NCBI GenBank assembly: GCA_045863395.1
Contig: BTVJ01000028.1
Location: 27,190 to 91,189 of the forward strand
DNA from: Myxococcales bacterium
GTDB lineage: Bacteria; Myxococcota_A; UBA9042; JABWCM01; BTVJ01
Direction: 5' to 3'
DNA: 64,000 nt
The notes below the pieces were generated by a model, which ran no database searches, was not told where the DNA came from, and worked only from the letters and a program-made list of their open reading frames with translations. Positions 18,101-27,563 of the stretch are shown here, piece by piece. A program made the translations under genes and the position numbers. Within the stretch, counting starts at the first letter, position 1. Each line of letters opens with the position of its first letter.

Positions 18101-19469
18101 TGCCGGCCAGGTACACGTTCTTCTTGCACACGTTGGTGGAGATGGCCGCGTTGCACATGGCCTCCTGGATGGCAGGCCACTCCGAGAGGTCCGTATTGAT
18201 GGCGTCCACCTGTTCCTTGGTCGCGAAGTAGGTCGGGGGAAACCCACCCAGGGTCTCCGCGTCCGTGGAGTCCCACACCGGAGAGTAGTGGTGGCCGTCC
18301 ACCGTGTCCGCGTCCTGGGCGTAGTTGACGGTGATGTCGTCGGGGATCTGGGCGTCCGTCGCCGCGCCCGACAGCTCGGCGAAGCTGGTTGCGCCGGTGG
18401 CTACGGTCCCGCACGCCCACTTGGTGCCGTCGTACTTGAGGAGCTGCCCCGAGGCGCAGGACATGGCCAGGCTGATCTCGTTGGACCCGCTGATGACGAG
18501 GCCCCCATTGGCGCCTGCGGTGTAGGTGCCCCCCGTCGGCGAGCACGTCACCGACCCGTCGGCGTTGACCACGCGGATGGCGTTGCCCGCCGTGCACCCG
18601 GTGCCGATGCGCCGCTGGAGGTAGGCCGTGTCCGCCGAGAACACGCCGCCCGCCAGGCCCAGGCCCGTGCCGGCCGCGTAGAGGGTGTCGTTGTCCACGC
18701 CGTCGGCGAAGCCCGCCGGGATGCCGGTGATGCCGGACCACGGGACCCCGCTGATGGTGCCGGAGATGGTGCCGGTCACCGTCAGGTTGCCCACCACGTT
18801 CACGTTGCCGTTGGCGGTGATGGGGCCGGTCTCGAGCGGTGCCCACGCCGTGTTGCCCGCGTTCCTGACCTTGAGGCCCGTCGATGCCTGCACGGAGACG
18901 GCCGTGCCGTCCGCCGCGACCGTCGCCGTGCTGTTGAGCCGCACGGAGCAGGCGCCGGCGCCCCCGTCGCAGAGGATCAGCGACTTCTCGACCTTGAGAT
19001 CGCCGGGCGCCCGGAGGTCCGATGCCAGGCTCGCCGAGTCCACGCACCCGGAGCAGGCCAGGTCCGCGGCGACCGCGGCCGTGTCGGCGCTGCGGGAGTG
19101 GAAGGCCCACGCGGAGGGGAGGATGCGGCGCCGGGGGAGCGGCGCGTCCGTTCCAACCTTCGTCTCCAGCCACAGGGAAGAGTTGTCCTTGAACAGCGCC
19201 TCGGGGAGGCCATCGAGGACCGCGTCGTAGACGCCCGCGTCCACCGCGACGCTCAGCGTCTTGGTCCAGAGCGCGGTGCCGCCCACCTGGCTCGCGAAGA
19301 TGCCGATCACCATGCTGTACGACCCCGTCACCGGGACGCCAGAGGACGAGGTGATGTACCCCTGGATCTGCATGTCGGGTGGCACGGCGGCGCGGACCGG
19401 CGAGGTAACGAGCGCGAGGGTGAAGACGGTGGCTGAAAGGGCCAGAAGATAGGGGCGTACAGGGCGCAT
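15165..19469 (-). CDS. Large secreted fibre-like surface protein with six C-terminal tandem Cys/Trp domains
   Basis: RBS AGGAGGAG, signal peptide, 'QG..G.PV.G...GG.ALW...LWLE.....LPR..I.PSAWA' fibre N-domain, tail-fibre-like shaft, six repeats ending FAG(I/L)(V/I)C. Confidence 0.85.
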   Translation of the reverse strand: MRPVRPYLLALSATVFTLALVTSPVRAAVPPDMQIQGYITSSSGVPVTGSYSMVIGIFASQVGGTALWTKTLSVAVDAGVYDAVLDGLPEALFKDNSSLWLETKVGTDAPLPRRRILPSAWAFHSRSADTAAVAADLACSGCVDSASLASDLRAPGDLKVEKSLILCDGGAGACSVRLNSTATVAADGTAVSVQASTGLKVRNAGNTAWAPLETGPITANGNVNVVGNLTVTGTISGTISGVPWSGITGIPAGFADGVDNDTLYAAGTGLGLAGGVFSADTAYLQRRIGTGCTAGNAIRVVNADGSVTCSPTGGTYTAGANGGLVISGSNEISLAMSCASGQLLKYDGTKWACGTVATGATSFAELSGAATDAQIPDDITVNYAQDADTVDGHHYSPVWDSTDAETLGGFPPTYFATKEQVDAINTDLSEWPAIQEAMCNAAISTNVCKKNVYLAGTHERDLNSLNRLVGGSWVFDESVGRCEYLGGMEIEDAKGCGDGILPDWMDTTDNCGGFRRSSWDTRIRYAVGKSNIWDKDFEYTCPPGWHWATVDEVSPWLYATNVGAVGTYTGQCGWTTTTWNGKVRRWFRFKDSVTNGNKTKDTADLDGAPIEVYAGTDQFAGIVCAQDAPMAPTDWMLDEDDCQGLRNSTWAAQVYYAVSRKSLYDSTIDYQCPDGYHWATTAEGQALLNGTGGSLTYSGQCGWAALVFQNVTRRYFRFSDSLQGTTTLYYKDASGGDAVVPAKDASFTAASLNNFAGLVCIDDSWTNDPLSWMDQSDACGGFRQSTWDPRFYYAVSKKNVWNKDFTYQCPAGYHWATTAEYDAAFTADAATVDQRVYYNQCGWNGYVWKGLNRYFFRFADSKTNNRTIRSNNYDIYKGATDTSTANFAGIVCKKDGADPYPKPGTTDWMQTDDDCKGFRQSGWDSRIRYAVSRQNIWKPDFPYQCPTGYHWATKAEADAILNVASDTTSPIPYYKYNGQCGWTGSTWHGRNRRYFRFATSHPTTGLTPNASVDANHGEPRISNTVTGAANFAGIVCIANTAPTDPLDWMDRTDNCGGFRQSLWDPRVYYAVAKKNVWDKTFNYQCPSGFHWMTYAEAADIFKSTSTTIYQRVYTGQCGWDGVSADGLTWIGRHWHGLDRRWFRFADSNAASGAAMNRAKDASDSEEFQTEVQAATTNFAGIVCMKDGPPDPLAWMETTDNCGGFRQSASDPTVYYAVSKYNVWDKARTYACPSGYHWASTSEGQALFPTGGATAGATVYTNQCGWSALTWNPTWPLGCSSWANPGCGSGFRAPTPSTGLLALSPGDFARGCTDCDNISGVTCAAGGTAAVIGACDGIDEVWWRNDQHLGGCYTSPNVFSGAPSGMLPGTSSNHCKDGVCCGAGNRQPITMTRQYFRFSDSFSTNAYKDAGQNDNYQVQSATTIANFAGIICIKD
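15168..17963 (-). repeat. Six tandem ~130-aa protein domains
   Basis: Each unit reads WMxxxDxCxGFRxSxWD..YAV....W...YxCPxG(Y/W/F)HW.T..E...QCGW...R.FRF.DS...FAGIVC. Confidence 0.9.
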
Positions 19470-19644
19470 GTGCTCCTCCTGTTGGCTGCCAGGATGCGAG
19501 CGGTCGGATGCCGCAGCGCCTCGACGGCGGAGTCTGGGTCGACCGGGTGTGTACGAGCCGCATTGTGCCGCCGCATGACGCGCTGCGCAACCCATTTCGG
19601 CGCAAAGCGGCGCCAATGCTCGCCGGCGCGGGCGTCGCCCGAAC

Positions 19645-22600
19645 CTATGGCCCGTCTGGGGTGTGAACGCACCCGCTGGCGTCGCAGGTGTCGAAGGTGG
19701 TGGGGTCGCCGTCGTCGCAGCTCGCGGGGAGGCCGAAGCAGCCCGCGCCCGCGCACTGGTCCTCCTCGGTGCAGACGTCCCCGTCGTCGCAGGGGCCGGG
19801 GAGGAAGGTCCACGTGCAGCCGACGATCGCGTCGCAGCCGTCGAGGGTGCAGGGGTTCTCGTCGTCGCAGTCCACGACGGCCCCGGTGCAGCCCCCCCCG
19901 GCGCAGGCGTCGTCCTCGGTGCAGGGGTCGCCGTCGTCGCAGGGGCCGCCCACCGGGGCGTGAGCGCAGGCCTGCGTCACGGGGTCGCAGGAGTCGGCGG
20001 TGCACGGCTCGTCGTCGTCGCAGGCGGCGCTCGACCCCGCACACAGGCCGCTGGACCCGCAGGCGTCGTTCTCCGTGCAGGTGTTGCCGTCGTCGCAAGG
20101 CGCGCCCGTCAGCGGGTCGTTGCGGCACCCGCTGGACACGTCGCAGAGGTCGATGGTGCAGAGGTTCCCATCGTCGCAGGCGATCGACTCGGGGGGCACT
20201 GTGCCGAGGCAGAGGCCTCCGGTACAGGCGTCGCCCTCCGTGCAGGCGAGCCCGTCGTCGCAGGGCCCCTCGGCCGGGTCGTGGACACAGCCAAAGATGG
20301 CATCGCACCCGTCGGACGTGCATGGGTTGCCGTCGTCGCAGGGGTCCGGGGTGCCAGTGCAGTTGCCGCCCAGGCACGTGTCCCCTTGCGTGCACACGTC
20401 ACCGTCGTCGCAGTCGCCCGCCGCAGGAGTCCACGTGCACAGCCCCGTCGCCGGCACGCACGCGCCCGCATGGCACGGGTCGCCGTCGTCGCAGTCCAGC
20501 AGCGTGCCCGTGCACACGCCGCCGGTGAAGCACACGTCGAGCTGGGTACACGGGTTGCCGTCGTCGCACTCCAGGAAGGTCGGGATGTGGGCACACCCCA
20601 TGGCGGGGTCGCAGATGGACCACGTGCACGGGTTGCCGTCATCGCACATCGCCGAGCCCCCGTCCTCCGGCGGGGCGCCCATGCACACGCCCTCGACACA
20701 GGAGTCCCCCGCTGTACAGGGGTTGCCGTCGTCGCAGGGTCCCGCCTTCGGGGTCATCTGGCAACCCGTCACCGGGTTGCACGCCGCCGTGACGCACGGG
20801 TTGGAGTCCTCGCACGGGAGTGGCTCGCCGGGCACGCACGCGCCGTCCGCGCAGAGATCGCCGGTCGTGCAGGCGTTGCCATCCTCGCAGGGGCGGTCGT
20901 CGTCGGGGACGTGGACGCAGCCGCCGCCGTCCTCGCAGGTGTCGTAGGTGCACGGCGAGCCGTCGTCGCAGGCGGCGGCGAGCCCCAAGCAGAGGATGCC
21001 GTCGCAGGCGTCGCCGGTCGTGCACGCCTTGCCGTCGTCGCACGGGGTTCCCGCCACCGCCGGGGGGTGCTGGCAGCCCGCGCCGGGGACGCACGGGTCG
21101 GCGGTGCACGGGTTGCCGTCCTCGCAGTCCGCGTCCGGGATGGGGGCGTGGGTGCAGCCGGCGGCCCCACAGCCGTCAGAGGTGCACGGGTCGCCGTCGC
21201 TGCACGGGTCCGGGGTGTGCTTGCACCCGACCCCGGGGCTGCAGGTGTCCAGGGTGCAGGGGTCACCGTCGGCGCAGACCTGAGCGCCGACGGGCGTGAA
21301 CACGCAGGCGCCAGACTTCGGGTCGCACGAGTCAGCGGTGCACGGATCCAGGTCGTTGCACGCCGCCTGTGTCCCCTTGCACAGCCCTGCGGCGTCGCAG
21401 GCGGTCTGGCTCGTGCAGGCGTCCCCGTCATCGCAAGGAGCGCCCACGCCGAGGGCGGAGTGGACGCAGCCTACGGCGGGGTCACAGGCGTCCGCCGTGC
21501 ACGGGTCCCCGTCGGCGCAGGCGATCGACACGTGCTCGCAGCCCTTCCCCGTCTTGCAGGCGTCGAGGGTGCAGGCATCGCCGTCGTCGCAGTAGCCGGC
21601 GGGAGCGGGCACATAGGCGCAGGCGCCGGTCGCCGGGGCGCAGGCCGCGAGCACACAGGGGTCACCGCTGTTGCAGACCAGCGGAGATCCGCCGCAGGCG
21701 CCGCCCTGGCACACGTCACCCTTCGTGCAGGCGTCCCCGTCGTCGCAGGCGCCGCCGTCCTCCTTCGGGATCGCCGCGCACCCGGCGGCCTGGCACACAT
21801 CGGTGGTGCACGGGTCCCCGTCGTCGCACGTGATGGGCGTCCCCGCCGCGCAACCGCCCGCGAGGCACACCTCGGCACCGTTGCACGGGTTCTCGTCGTC
21901 GCAGGCCGCGTCCGTCTCGCAGAAGAAGCCGCAGCCCGCGACGAGCTCGTGGACGCACCCGGCCGGGCCGCAGGAGTCCGCCGTGCAGGGGTCCCCATCG
22001 ACGCACGGGTCGACCGTGTAGGAGCAGCCAGCACCGGTGGCGCACTCTCCTGCCGTACAGGGGTCCCCGTCGTCGCAGACCGGACCGCCCGCGCACTGGC
22101 CCCCGGCGCAGCTTGCAGCGGTACACGGGTCGCCGTCGTCGCAGGGGGTCCCGTCAGGGGCCGGGGAGCTGCCGCAGACGCCACCGTCGCAGGTGTCCAG
22201 CGTGCACGGGTCGCCATCGTCGCACACCGCCTGGCCTGCCTCGCAGTTGGCGATGACGCAGGTCGTGCCTGCGGTGCAGGGGTCCCCGTCGTCGCAGGGC
22301 TGGCCATGGAGCGGCAGACCCGTGCAGCCCAGCCCCGGGACGCAGGTCGGGTCGACGCACGGGTCTCCGTCGTCACAGTCGGTCGGGGCGCCGATGCAGG
22401 CGCCGGCCACGCAGCTCTCGCCGTCCGTGCAGGGGTCGCCGTCGTCGCAGGCTCCTTCCACGGGCACGCTGACGCAGCCCCCGCTCAGGCAGGTGTCCGC
22501 GGTGCAAGGGTCGCCGTCGTCGCAGGACGGCGGCGACCCCGCCACACAAACGCCATCGCACCCCTCCGAGCCGTTGCAGGCGTCGCCATCGTCGCACTGC

Positions 22601-23904
22601 TGGGGGGTCTGGCAGGCATCTCCACAGCCCTCGACGGGCTGGTGGATGCAGCCGGCCGCACCGCAGGCGTCGAGCGTGCAGGGGTCGCCGTCGTCACAGG
22701 TCGTGGGCTTCGACACGCAGCCGAGGATCGGGTGGCAGGTCCACTCCACGCAGCCGCCAGCCTGGCTGGGGCTTCCACAGGCCGCCAGGTCCAGGGTGTG
22801 CTCACAGTCGCCGTCCACGCAGGCGTCCGCGGTGCAAGGGACGCCGTCGTCGCAGGCCACCGGCACCGTCAGGCAGCCGAGGTCCGTGACGCAGTCCGAG
22901 AGGGTGCAGGGGTCGTCGTCGGTGCAGTCCGGGGGAGGCGCGAGGACGACGCAGCCCGAGGCCGGGTCGCAGCCCTCGCCGCCGTTGCACGGGTCCCCGT
23001 CGTCGCAGGCGACGGGAGCCGTGACGCACCCGGCGGGCATGCAGGTGTCCGTGGTGCACGCGTCCCCGTCGTCGCACTCCCCGGGCTTGCAGGGCGGGGC
23101 GCACTGGGGGAGCAGCGCGTGGACGCAGTCACCGGCGACGCACGAGTCCGCGGTGCAGGCATCCCCATCGTCGCAGGTCATGGGAGTGGGCTTGCACCCC
23201 GTGGCGGGCAGGCAGACGTCCGACGTGCAAGGGTCGCCGTCGTCGCACGGGAGCGGGTCGAACGTGCAGGAGCCGCCCACGCAGGCGTCGGCGGTGCAGA
23301 GGGACCCGTCGTCGCAGACCAGCGGCTGGTAGGTGCACTCCCCCCCGGCGCAGCCGTCGATGGTGCAGGGGTCGCCGTCGGAGCATGGGAGCGCCGCCCC
23401 GGCGCACTCGCCGTCGAGAGTGCACTCATCGTCGATGGTGCAGGCACTCCCGTCGTCGCAGGGCGTCCCCACGTCTACGGGCTGTGGCTTGCAGGCTCCG
23501 TCGGAGGGGTCGCAGGCGGCGACGAGGCAGTCCGTGTCGTCCGCGCCGTCACACTCCACCGGCGGGCCGTCCCCGGCGATGCACGCCCCGTCGGCACACA
23601 CCCACGCGGGGCCGCAGAGGGCGTCCTTGGGGCGCTGGCAGTCGTCGTCGGTCTCGCAGGAGGGGACCGCGACGTCCGCCGACGCGTCGGCGCCGCCGCC
23701 TGCGTCGTCGACGTCACCCACGTCCAATCCTCCCCCGTCGGCGCCCCCATCGGTGGAGGCCGCGTCGCCGGCCCCATCCGCGCCCACGTCCTTGGTGGCG
23801 AAGGGCGCGGGCTCGGCCTCGATGCACGACGCGAGCAGCAGCGCAGCGGCCACCGCCCGCACTCCCCACCGAGCGCCCGGACGGGTGCGTGGTTCCATGA
23901 TCAT
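19645..23904 (-). CDS. Large Cys-rich repeat lipoprotein (CTDC-like repeats)
   Basis: Lipobox LLLASC, acidic Gly linker, dozens of CDDGDPCTxDxC units; start at 23904 or 23898. Confidence 0.9.
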   Translation of the reverse strand: MIMEPRTRPGARWGVRAVAAALLLASCIEAEPAPFATKDVGADGAGDAASTDGGADGGGLDVGDVDDAGGGADASADVAVPSCETDDDCQRPKDALCGPAWVCADGACIAGDGPPVECDGADDTDCLVAACDPSDGACKPQPVDVGTPCDDGSACTIDDECTLDGECAGAALPCSDGDPCTIDGCAGGECTYQPLVCDDGSLCTADACVGGSCTFDPLPCDDGDPCTSDVCLPATGCKPTPMTCDDGDACTADSCVAGDCVHALLPQCAPPCKPGECDDGDACTTDTCMPAGCVTAPVACDDGDPCNGGEGCDPASGCVVLAPPPDCTDDDPCTLSDCVTDLGCLTVPVACDDGVPCTADACVDGDCEHTLDLAACGSPSQAGGCVEWTCHPILGCVSKPTTCDDGDPCTLDACGAAGCIHQPVEGCGDACQTPQQCDDGDACNGSEGCDGVCVAGSPPSCDDGDPCTADTCLSGGCVSVPVEGACDDGDPCTDGESCVAGACIGAPTDCDDGDPCVDPTCVPGLGCTGLPLHGQPCDDGDPCTAGTTCVIANCEAGQAVCDDGDPCTLDTCDGGVCGSSPAPDGTPCDDGDPCTAASCAGGQCAGGPVCDDGDPCTAGECATGAGCSYTVDPCVDGDPCTADSCGPAGCVHELVAGCGFFCETDAACDDENPCNGAEVCLAGGCAAGTPITCDDGDPCTTDVCQAAGCAAIPKEDGGACDDGDACTKGDVCQGGACGGSPLVCNSGDPCVLAACAPATGACAYVPAPAGYCDDGDACTLDACKTGKGCEHVSIACADGDPCTADACDPAVGCVHSALGVGAPCDDGDACTSQTACDAAGLCKGTQAACNDLDPCTADSCDPKSGACVFTPVGAQVCADGDPCTLDTCSPGVGCKHTPDPCSDGDPCTSDGCGAAGCTHAPIPDADCEDGNPCTADPCVPGAGCQHPPAVAGTPCDDGKACTTGDACDGILCLGLAAACDDGSPCTYDTCEDGGGCVHVPDDDRPCEDGNACTTGDLCADGACVPGEPLPCEDSNPCVTAACNPVTGCQMTPKAGPCDDGNPCTAGDSCVEGVCMGAPPEDGGSAMCDDGNPCTWSICDPAMGCAHIPTFLECDDGNPCTQLDVCFTGGVCTGTLLDCDDGDPCHAGACVPATGLCTWTPAAGDCDDGDVCTQGDTCLGGNCTGTPDPCDDGNPCTSDGCDAIFGCVHDPAEGPCDDGLACTEGDACTGGLCLGTVPPESIACDDGNLCTIDLCDVSSGCRNDPLTGAPCDDGNTCTENDACGSSGLCAGSSAACDDDEPCTADSCDPVTQACAHAPVGGPCDDGDPCTEDDACAGGGCTGAVVDCDDENPCTLDGCDAIVGCTWTFLPGPCDDGDVCTEEDQCAGAGCFGLPASCDDGDPTTFDTCDASGCVHTPDGP

Positions 23905-24015
23905 GTCTGCCTCCTGGTCCGCGCAGTCCGGCCCAATGTGACTTCGAGCCGTTCACTTCCATGCGAACGGCATCCTAAGTCCAACGTGGGCTCCTGCGCC
24001 AGCCCCCCGGAACCG

Positions 24016-25941
24016 TCAGGCCACTCTCTGCGCGCCAGCCGCGAGGCCGAGCTCTCGGCTCAGCGCGAGGATGCAGGCGAGGCGCCGCCCCCGGTGGACC
24101 CGCACGTAGGGGACACCCGCACGACGACATGCCTGCACCATCTGCGCGTCCATGCTGTGGGACTGGAAGCCCGTTGCGCCCAGGACGAAGTCGTAGCGGC
24201 CGCTGTCCACGCGGTCGCTGACGTCCTGGAGGCGGCGGGGACCGCCCTCGCACCAGTCGAGATCCGAGAAGGAGAACGTCCTCTTCAGCTCGTCGTGCAG
24301 ATCCGGGTCGCGGCGGTTGCCGATGAACAGGGCGGACTTGCCGCGCGTGCGGGGCAGCAGCACCTGGAGCAGAGCGTCCGCCGGGTCCTCGCGCTGCACG
24401 TCCTCCACGGCATCTGGGATCTCCTCCTGCTCCAGGGGGGGAGGCATGGCGCGTCCGTCCAGCGCGGTGGCGGCCGCCAGTATCTTCGTCAGCCGGCGCT
24501 TCCATCGACGCGCGTTGGTGCCATCGGGCGGCTCCATGGCGCTCAGGGCGACCAGCAGGTCTCCGTGGGGCGCCAGGCAGGAAGCGATGCGCTCCCCCGG
24601 CAGCACCTCGATGGCATCGGCCAGCCACCGGGCGACCGACGCAGCCTCCTGCGGCTGGCGCGGGTCGGGCGCCGTCTGCAGAACGCGCCGCTTGAGCAGC
24701 TTCAGGCGCTTGGCGTCGGGGTCCTGGCCGAGCTCGGCGGCCCAGGGGCGCGGGGGCCGGAGGGCTGGGTCGAGCAGCTTTGCGAGTGGCGCGGCGGCCT
24801 TGACCTGTGCGGCGAGCCACCGCAGCCGACCCACGAGCGCGCCCCACTCCTCGAAGTCTGAGACGAACCCGCGGAGCCACCGCACGAGCCGCGCCCACTC
24901 GACCCAGGAGGCCACGTGATCGGGCTTCGGGGCGGTGAGCGCCTTCGGAACGGAGCCCGGAGGGGCGGCGTCCAGGGAGCCGAGCACCGGCTCCACGCGG
25001 CGCCGCAGCTCGTGGAGCTGCTGGTCCGGGCGCAGGGGCCCTGGCTCGAGGAAGCTCGCGTCCGCCCACCCGTACTCGTCGAGGCCGGCGCGCTCGTCGC
25101 GCTCCTCCACGCTCGCGAGGTGGGCCTCGACGGCCAGCGCGGCGGCCAACCACGTGCGGGGCCGCTCGTCCACCGGCAGGCCGATCTCCCGGCCCACGTC
25201 GTTGGGGGTCGTGTCCTTGCGCAGACCGATGACGGCGCCCGGCCACCAGGCCTTGGCCCAGGAGCTCAACATGCGGGCGATCTCGGCGACCCGCTTGACC
25301 ACCACCGGCTCGTCGTCGGTGGCCTCCTCGGCGCTGCGCGCGCGGCAGATCCAAGCGAGCAGGATCAGGCCCTGCCGGTGCGGCGCCATCAGCGCCACCT
25401 CCGGGCGCTCCGCCGTGATGGCGTCGTGCAGGAGGCCGACCGCGCCCAGCGCCGCGTCGACGGTCATGGGCTCGACGAGGCGCCTCCGCTCCGCAGGCGC
25501 CGCTCGCGGGGTCTCCGGCGGAGGCGCCACGGCCGCGACGGGCGCTGCCTCGCCGGGGTGCACCAGGGAGTCATCGTCGGGCACCAGCTCCCGCCGGTCC
25601 GCCTCGACCGCCCCCCCGAGGTCCACCTCCGCGGCGTCCTGCTCCTGCACCAGGTACATCGGCGCGACGTCCGCCGGCGCGGCGTCCGCAAATGGACCGA
25701 CCTGGGGGGCCGCCTCGGCGGCAAGCGCCGCATCCAGGAGGGCGCGGGCCGCCCTCGACGGCAGCGCCTGGCGCAGGGCGTCCAGCGCGGCCTCGTCACG
25801 ATCCGGGCCGCGCCCGAGCCAGCGCTCGTCCTCGCACCAGAGCAGGCACTCGACCCACGCCCCGTCGCGGAACGCGGCCCTGTACCCGAGCCCCTCGAGC
25901 CACCGCAGCGCCGCCTCGACCTCATGGGGGGACTTCAGCAT
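24016..25941 (-). CDS. Uncharacterised protein with C-terminal DUF2325-like domain
   Basis: Start MLKSP at 25941; C-terminus 'ALFIGN....DFVLGATGFQSH......CRRAGVPY' resembles DUF2325. Confidence 0.65.
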   Translation of the reverse strand: MLKSPHEVEAALRWLEGLGYRAAFRDGAWVECLLWCEDERWLGRGPDRDEAALDALRQALPSRAARALLDAALAAEAAPQVGPFADAAPADVAPMYLVQEQDAAEVDLGGAVEADRRELVPDDDSLVHPGEAAPVAAVAPPPETPRAAPAERRRLVEPMTVDAALGAVGLLHDAITAERPEVALMAPHRQGLILLAWICRARSAEEATDDEPVVVKRVAEIARMLSSWAKAWWPGAVIGLRKDTTPNDVGREIGLPVDERPRTWLAAALAVEAHLASVEERDERAGLDEYGWADASFLEPGPLRPDQQLHELRRRVEPVLGSLDAAPPGSVPKALTAPKPDHVASWVEWARLVRWLRGFVSDFEEWGALVGRLRWLAAQVKAAAPLAKLLDPALRPPRPWAAELGQDPDAKRLKLLKRRVLQTAPDPRQPQEAASVARWLADAIEVLPGERIASCLAPHGDLLVALSAMEPPDGTNARRWKRRLTKILAAATALDGRAMPPPLEQEEIPDAVEDVQREDPADALLQVLLPRTRGKSALFIGNRRDPDLHDELKRTFSFSDLDWCEGGPRRLQDVSDRVDSGRYDFVLGATGFQSHSMDAQMVQACRRAGVPYVRVHRGRRLACILALSRELGLAAGAQRVA

Positions 25942-26017
25942 CGGCGCAGTATCTGGACGCCCCGCCGCGATTGCAATCCCTTGCACGTCGCGGGGAGCAC
26001 GGGTAGCCTCGCCCGTC

Positions 26018-27142
26018 ATGGGCAGCCCGGACGTCGTGATCATCGGTGGAGGCTCGGTCGGCTGCGCCGTGGCGCGAGCGCTGGCGCGGGGCGGCGCCCG
26101 TGTCGAGGTGCTGGAGCGCGCGATCCCCGGCGCCGAGGCGTCGAGCGCCGCGGCGGGCATCATCGGCGCGCAAGGCGAGGCCGACTCGCCGGGCCCCTTC
26201 CTGGACCTGTGCCTGCGGAGCCGCTCCCTGTACGCAGACTGGACCGCCGCTCTGGAGGACGAGACCGGGGTCTCCGTCGGCTGGCGCCGGAGCGGGCTCC
26301 TGCACCTGGCCCACGACGAGGTCGAGGGGCGCCTGCTGACCCGGCGGGTCGAGCAGCAGGCCGCCCTCGGGCTCCACGCCGAGGTCCTGGACCGCGCCCA
26401 GGTCCTCGCCCTGGAGCCCGCGGTGGACCCCTCTGTCCTCGGCGCCGTGTGGTTCCCGGAGGACGGCCAGGTGGACCCTCGCCGGCTCGTCAAGGCGCTC
26501 GCCATCGGCGCCGAGCGCGCCGGGGCCCACTTTCGGACCGGTGCCGTCGCGCGGCGGGTCGTCCACGAGGGAGGCCGGGTCCTGGGCGTCGACGTGGACG
26601 GCGTGCTGCTCCCGGCGGGCACCGTCGTCCTCGCGGCGGGCGCCTGGTCGAGCCTGGTGCCCGGGGCCGGCCTCCCCGAGCGGGTGGTCCGCCCGGCCCG
26701 GGGGCAGCTCCTCAAGCTGGAGACGCGCTCCCCGGTCCTCTCGGCGGTGGTCTACTCGGCGGCCGGCTACGTGGTCCCCCGGGCGGACGGGACGGTCCTC
26801 GTAGGCAGCACACTGGAGATGGTCGGCTTCCACAAGGCCGTGACCGTCTCGGGGCTCGCGGCTCTGGCCGCCATCGCCACCGGCATCGCCCCGAGCCTGG
26901 GCGCGGCGTCGGTCGTCGACTCCTGGGCGGGCTTCCGCCCCCACACCGGCGACCTGCTGCCGCTGCTCGGCCCTACCCCGCTCCACGGCCTGCTGCTCGC
27001 CACGGGGCACTACCGCAACGGCATCCTGCTCACGCCGGTGACGGCCGAGATCATCGCGGCCCTCGTGCTCCGCGGCGAATCGCCGGTGGACCTGGGACCC
27101 TTCTCCATGCAGCGCCTCGAGGACCCCGGAGCCGACACATGA
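26018..27142 (+). CDS. thiO: Glycine oxidase (FAD-dependent, DAO family)
   Basis: IIGGGSVG, ASSAAAGII, RPARGQ, YVVPR, WAGFRP, ATGHYRNGILL. Confidence 0.88.
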   Translation: MGSPDVVIIGGGSVGCAVARALARGGARVEVLERAIPGAEASSAAAGIIGAQGEADSPGPFLDLCLRSRSLYADWTAALEDETGVSVGWRRSGLLHLAHDEVEGRLLTRRVEQQAALGLHAEVLDRAQVLALEPAVDPSVLGAVWFPEDGQVDPRRLVKALAIGAERAGAHFRTGAVARRVVHEGGRVLGVDVDGVLLPAGTVVLAAGAWSSLVPGAGLPERVVRPARGQLLKLETRSPVLSAVVYSAAGYVVPRADGTVLVGSTLEMVGFHKAVTVSGLAALAAIATGIAPSLGAASVVDSWAGFRPHTGDLLPLLGPTPLHGLLLATGHYRNGILLTPVTAEIIAALVLRGESPVDLGPFSMQRLEDPGADT

Positions 27143-27510
27143 GCCGCCACTTCCTGGTCATCGGCGCCATCTCCGGCTTCCTGAGCGTCGCGCTGGGCGC
27201 CTTCGCGGCCCACGCGCTCAAGGTGCGGCTCACGGCGCACCTGCTCGCCATCTTCGAGACGGGCGTCCGCTACCAGCTCACCCACGCCCTGGCGCTGCTC
27301 GCCGTGGGCATCCTGGCGCGCGGCTCCGACTCGCGGCTCCTCCAGGTGGCCGGCTGGTCCTTCGTCGGGGGCACCCTGGTCTTCTCGGGCAGCCTGTACG
27401 CCCTGAGCACTCTGGGGGAGCGCTGGCTCGGCGCGATCACGCCCGTCGGCGGCGCCGCCTTCCTGGTGGGCTGGGCGTGCCTCGCCGCCGCCGCTTGGCG
27501 GCAAGGGTAG
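27139..27510 (+). CDS. DUF423 (YgdD/TMEM256) membrane protein
   Basis: GAFAAHAL, FETGVRYQ, FSGSLY, GAITPVGG; ATGA overlap. Confidence 0.93.
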   Translation: MSRHFLVIGAISGFLSVALGAFAAHALKVRLTAHLLAIFETGVRYQLTHALALLAVGILARGSDSRLLQVAGWSFVGGTLVFSGSLYALSTLGERWLGAITPVGGAAFLVGWACLAAAAWRQG

Positions 27511-27563
27511 GCGACCCGGCACCCCCCTCGCCGGGGCACGGTCTTGAACGGAGCGCTCGAAGG

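Noticed and set aside
19663..24861. 1732-aa plus-strand ORF and similar long Arg/Ala/Gly-rich ORFs throughout the track
   Set aside because: Antisense or alternate-frame shadows of real genes, caused by stop-codon scarcity at high GC
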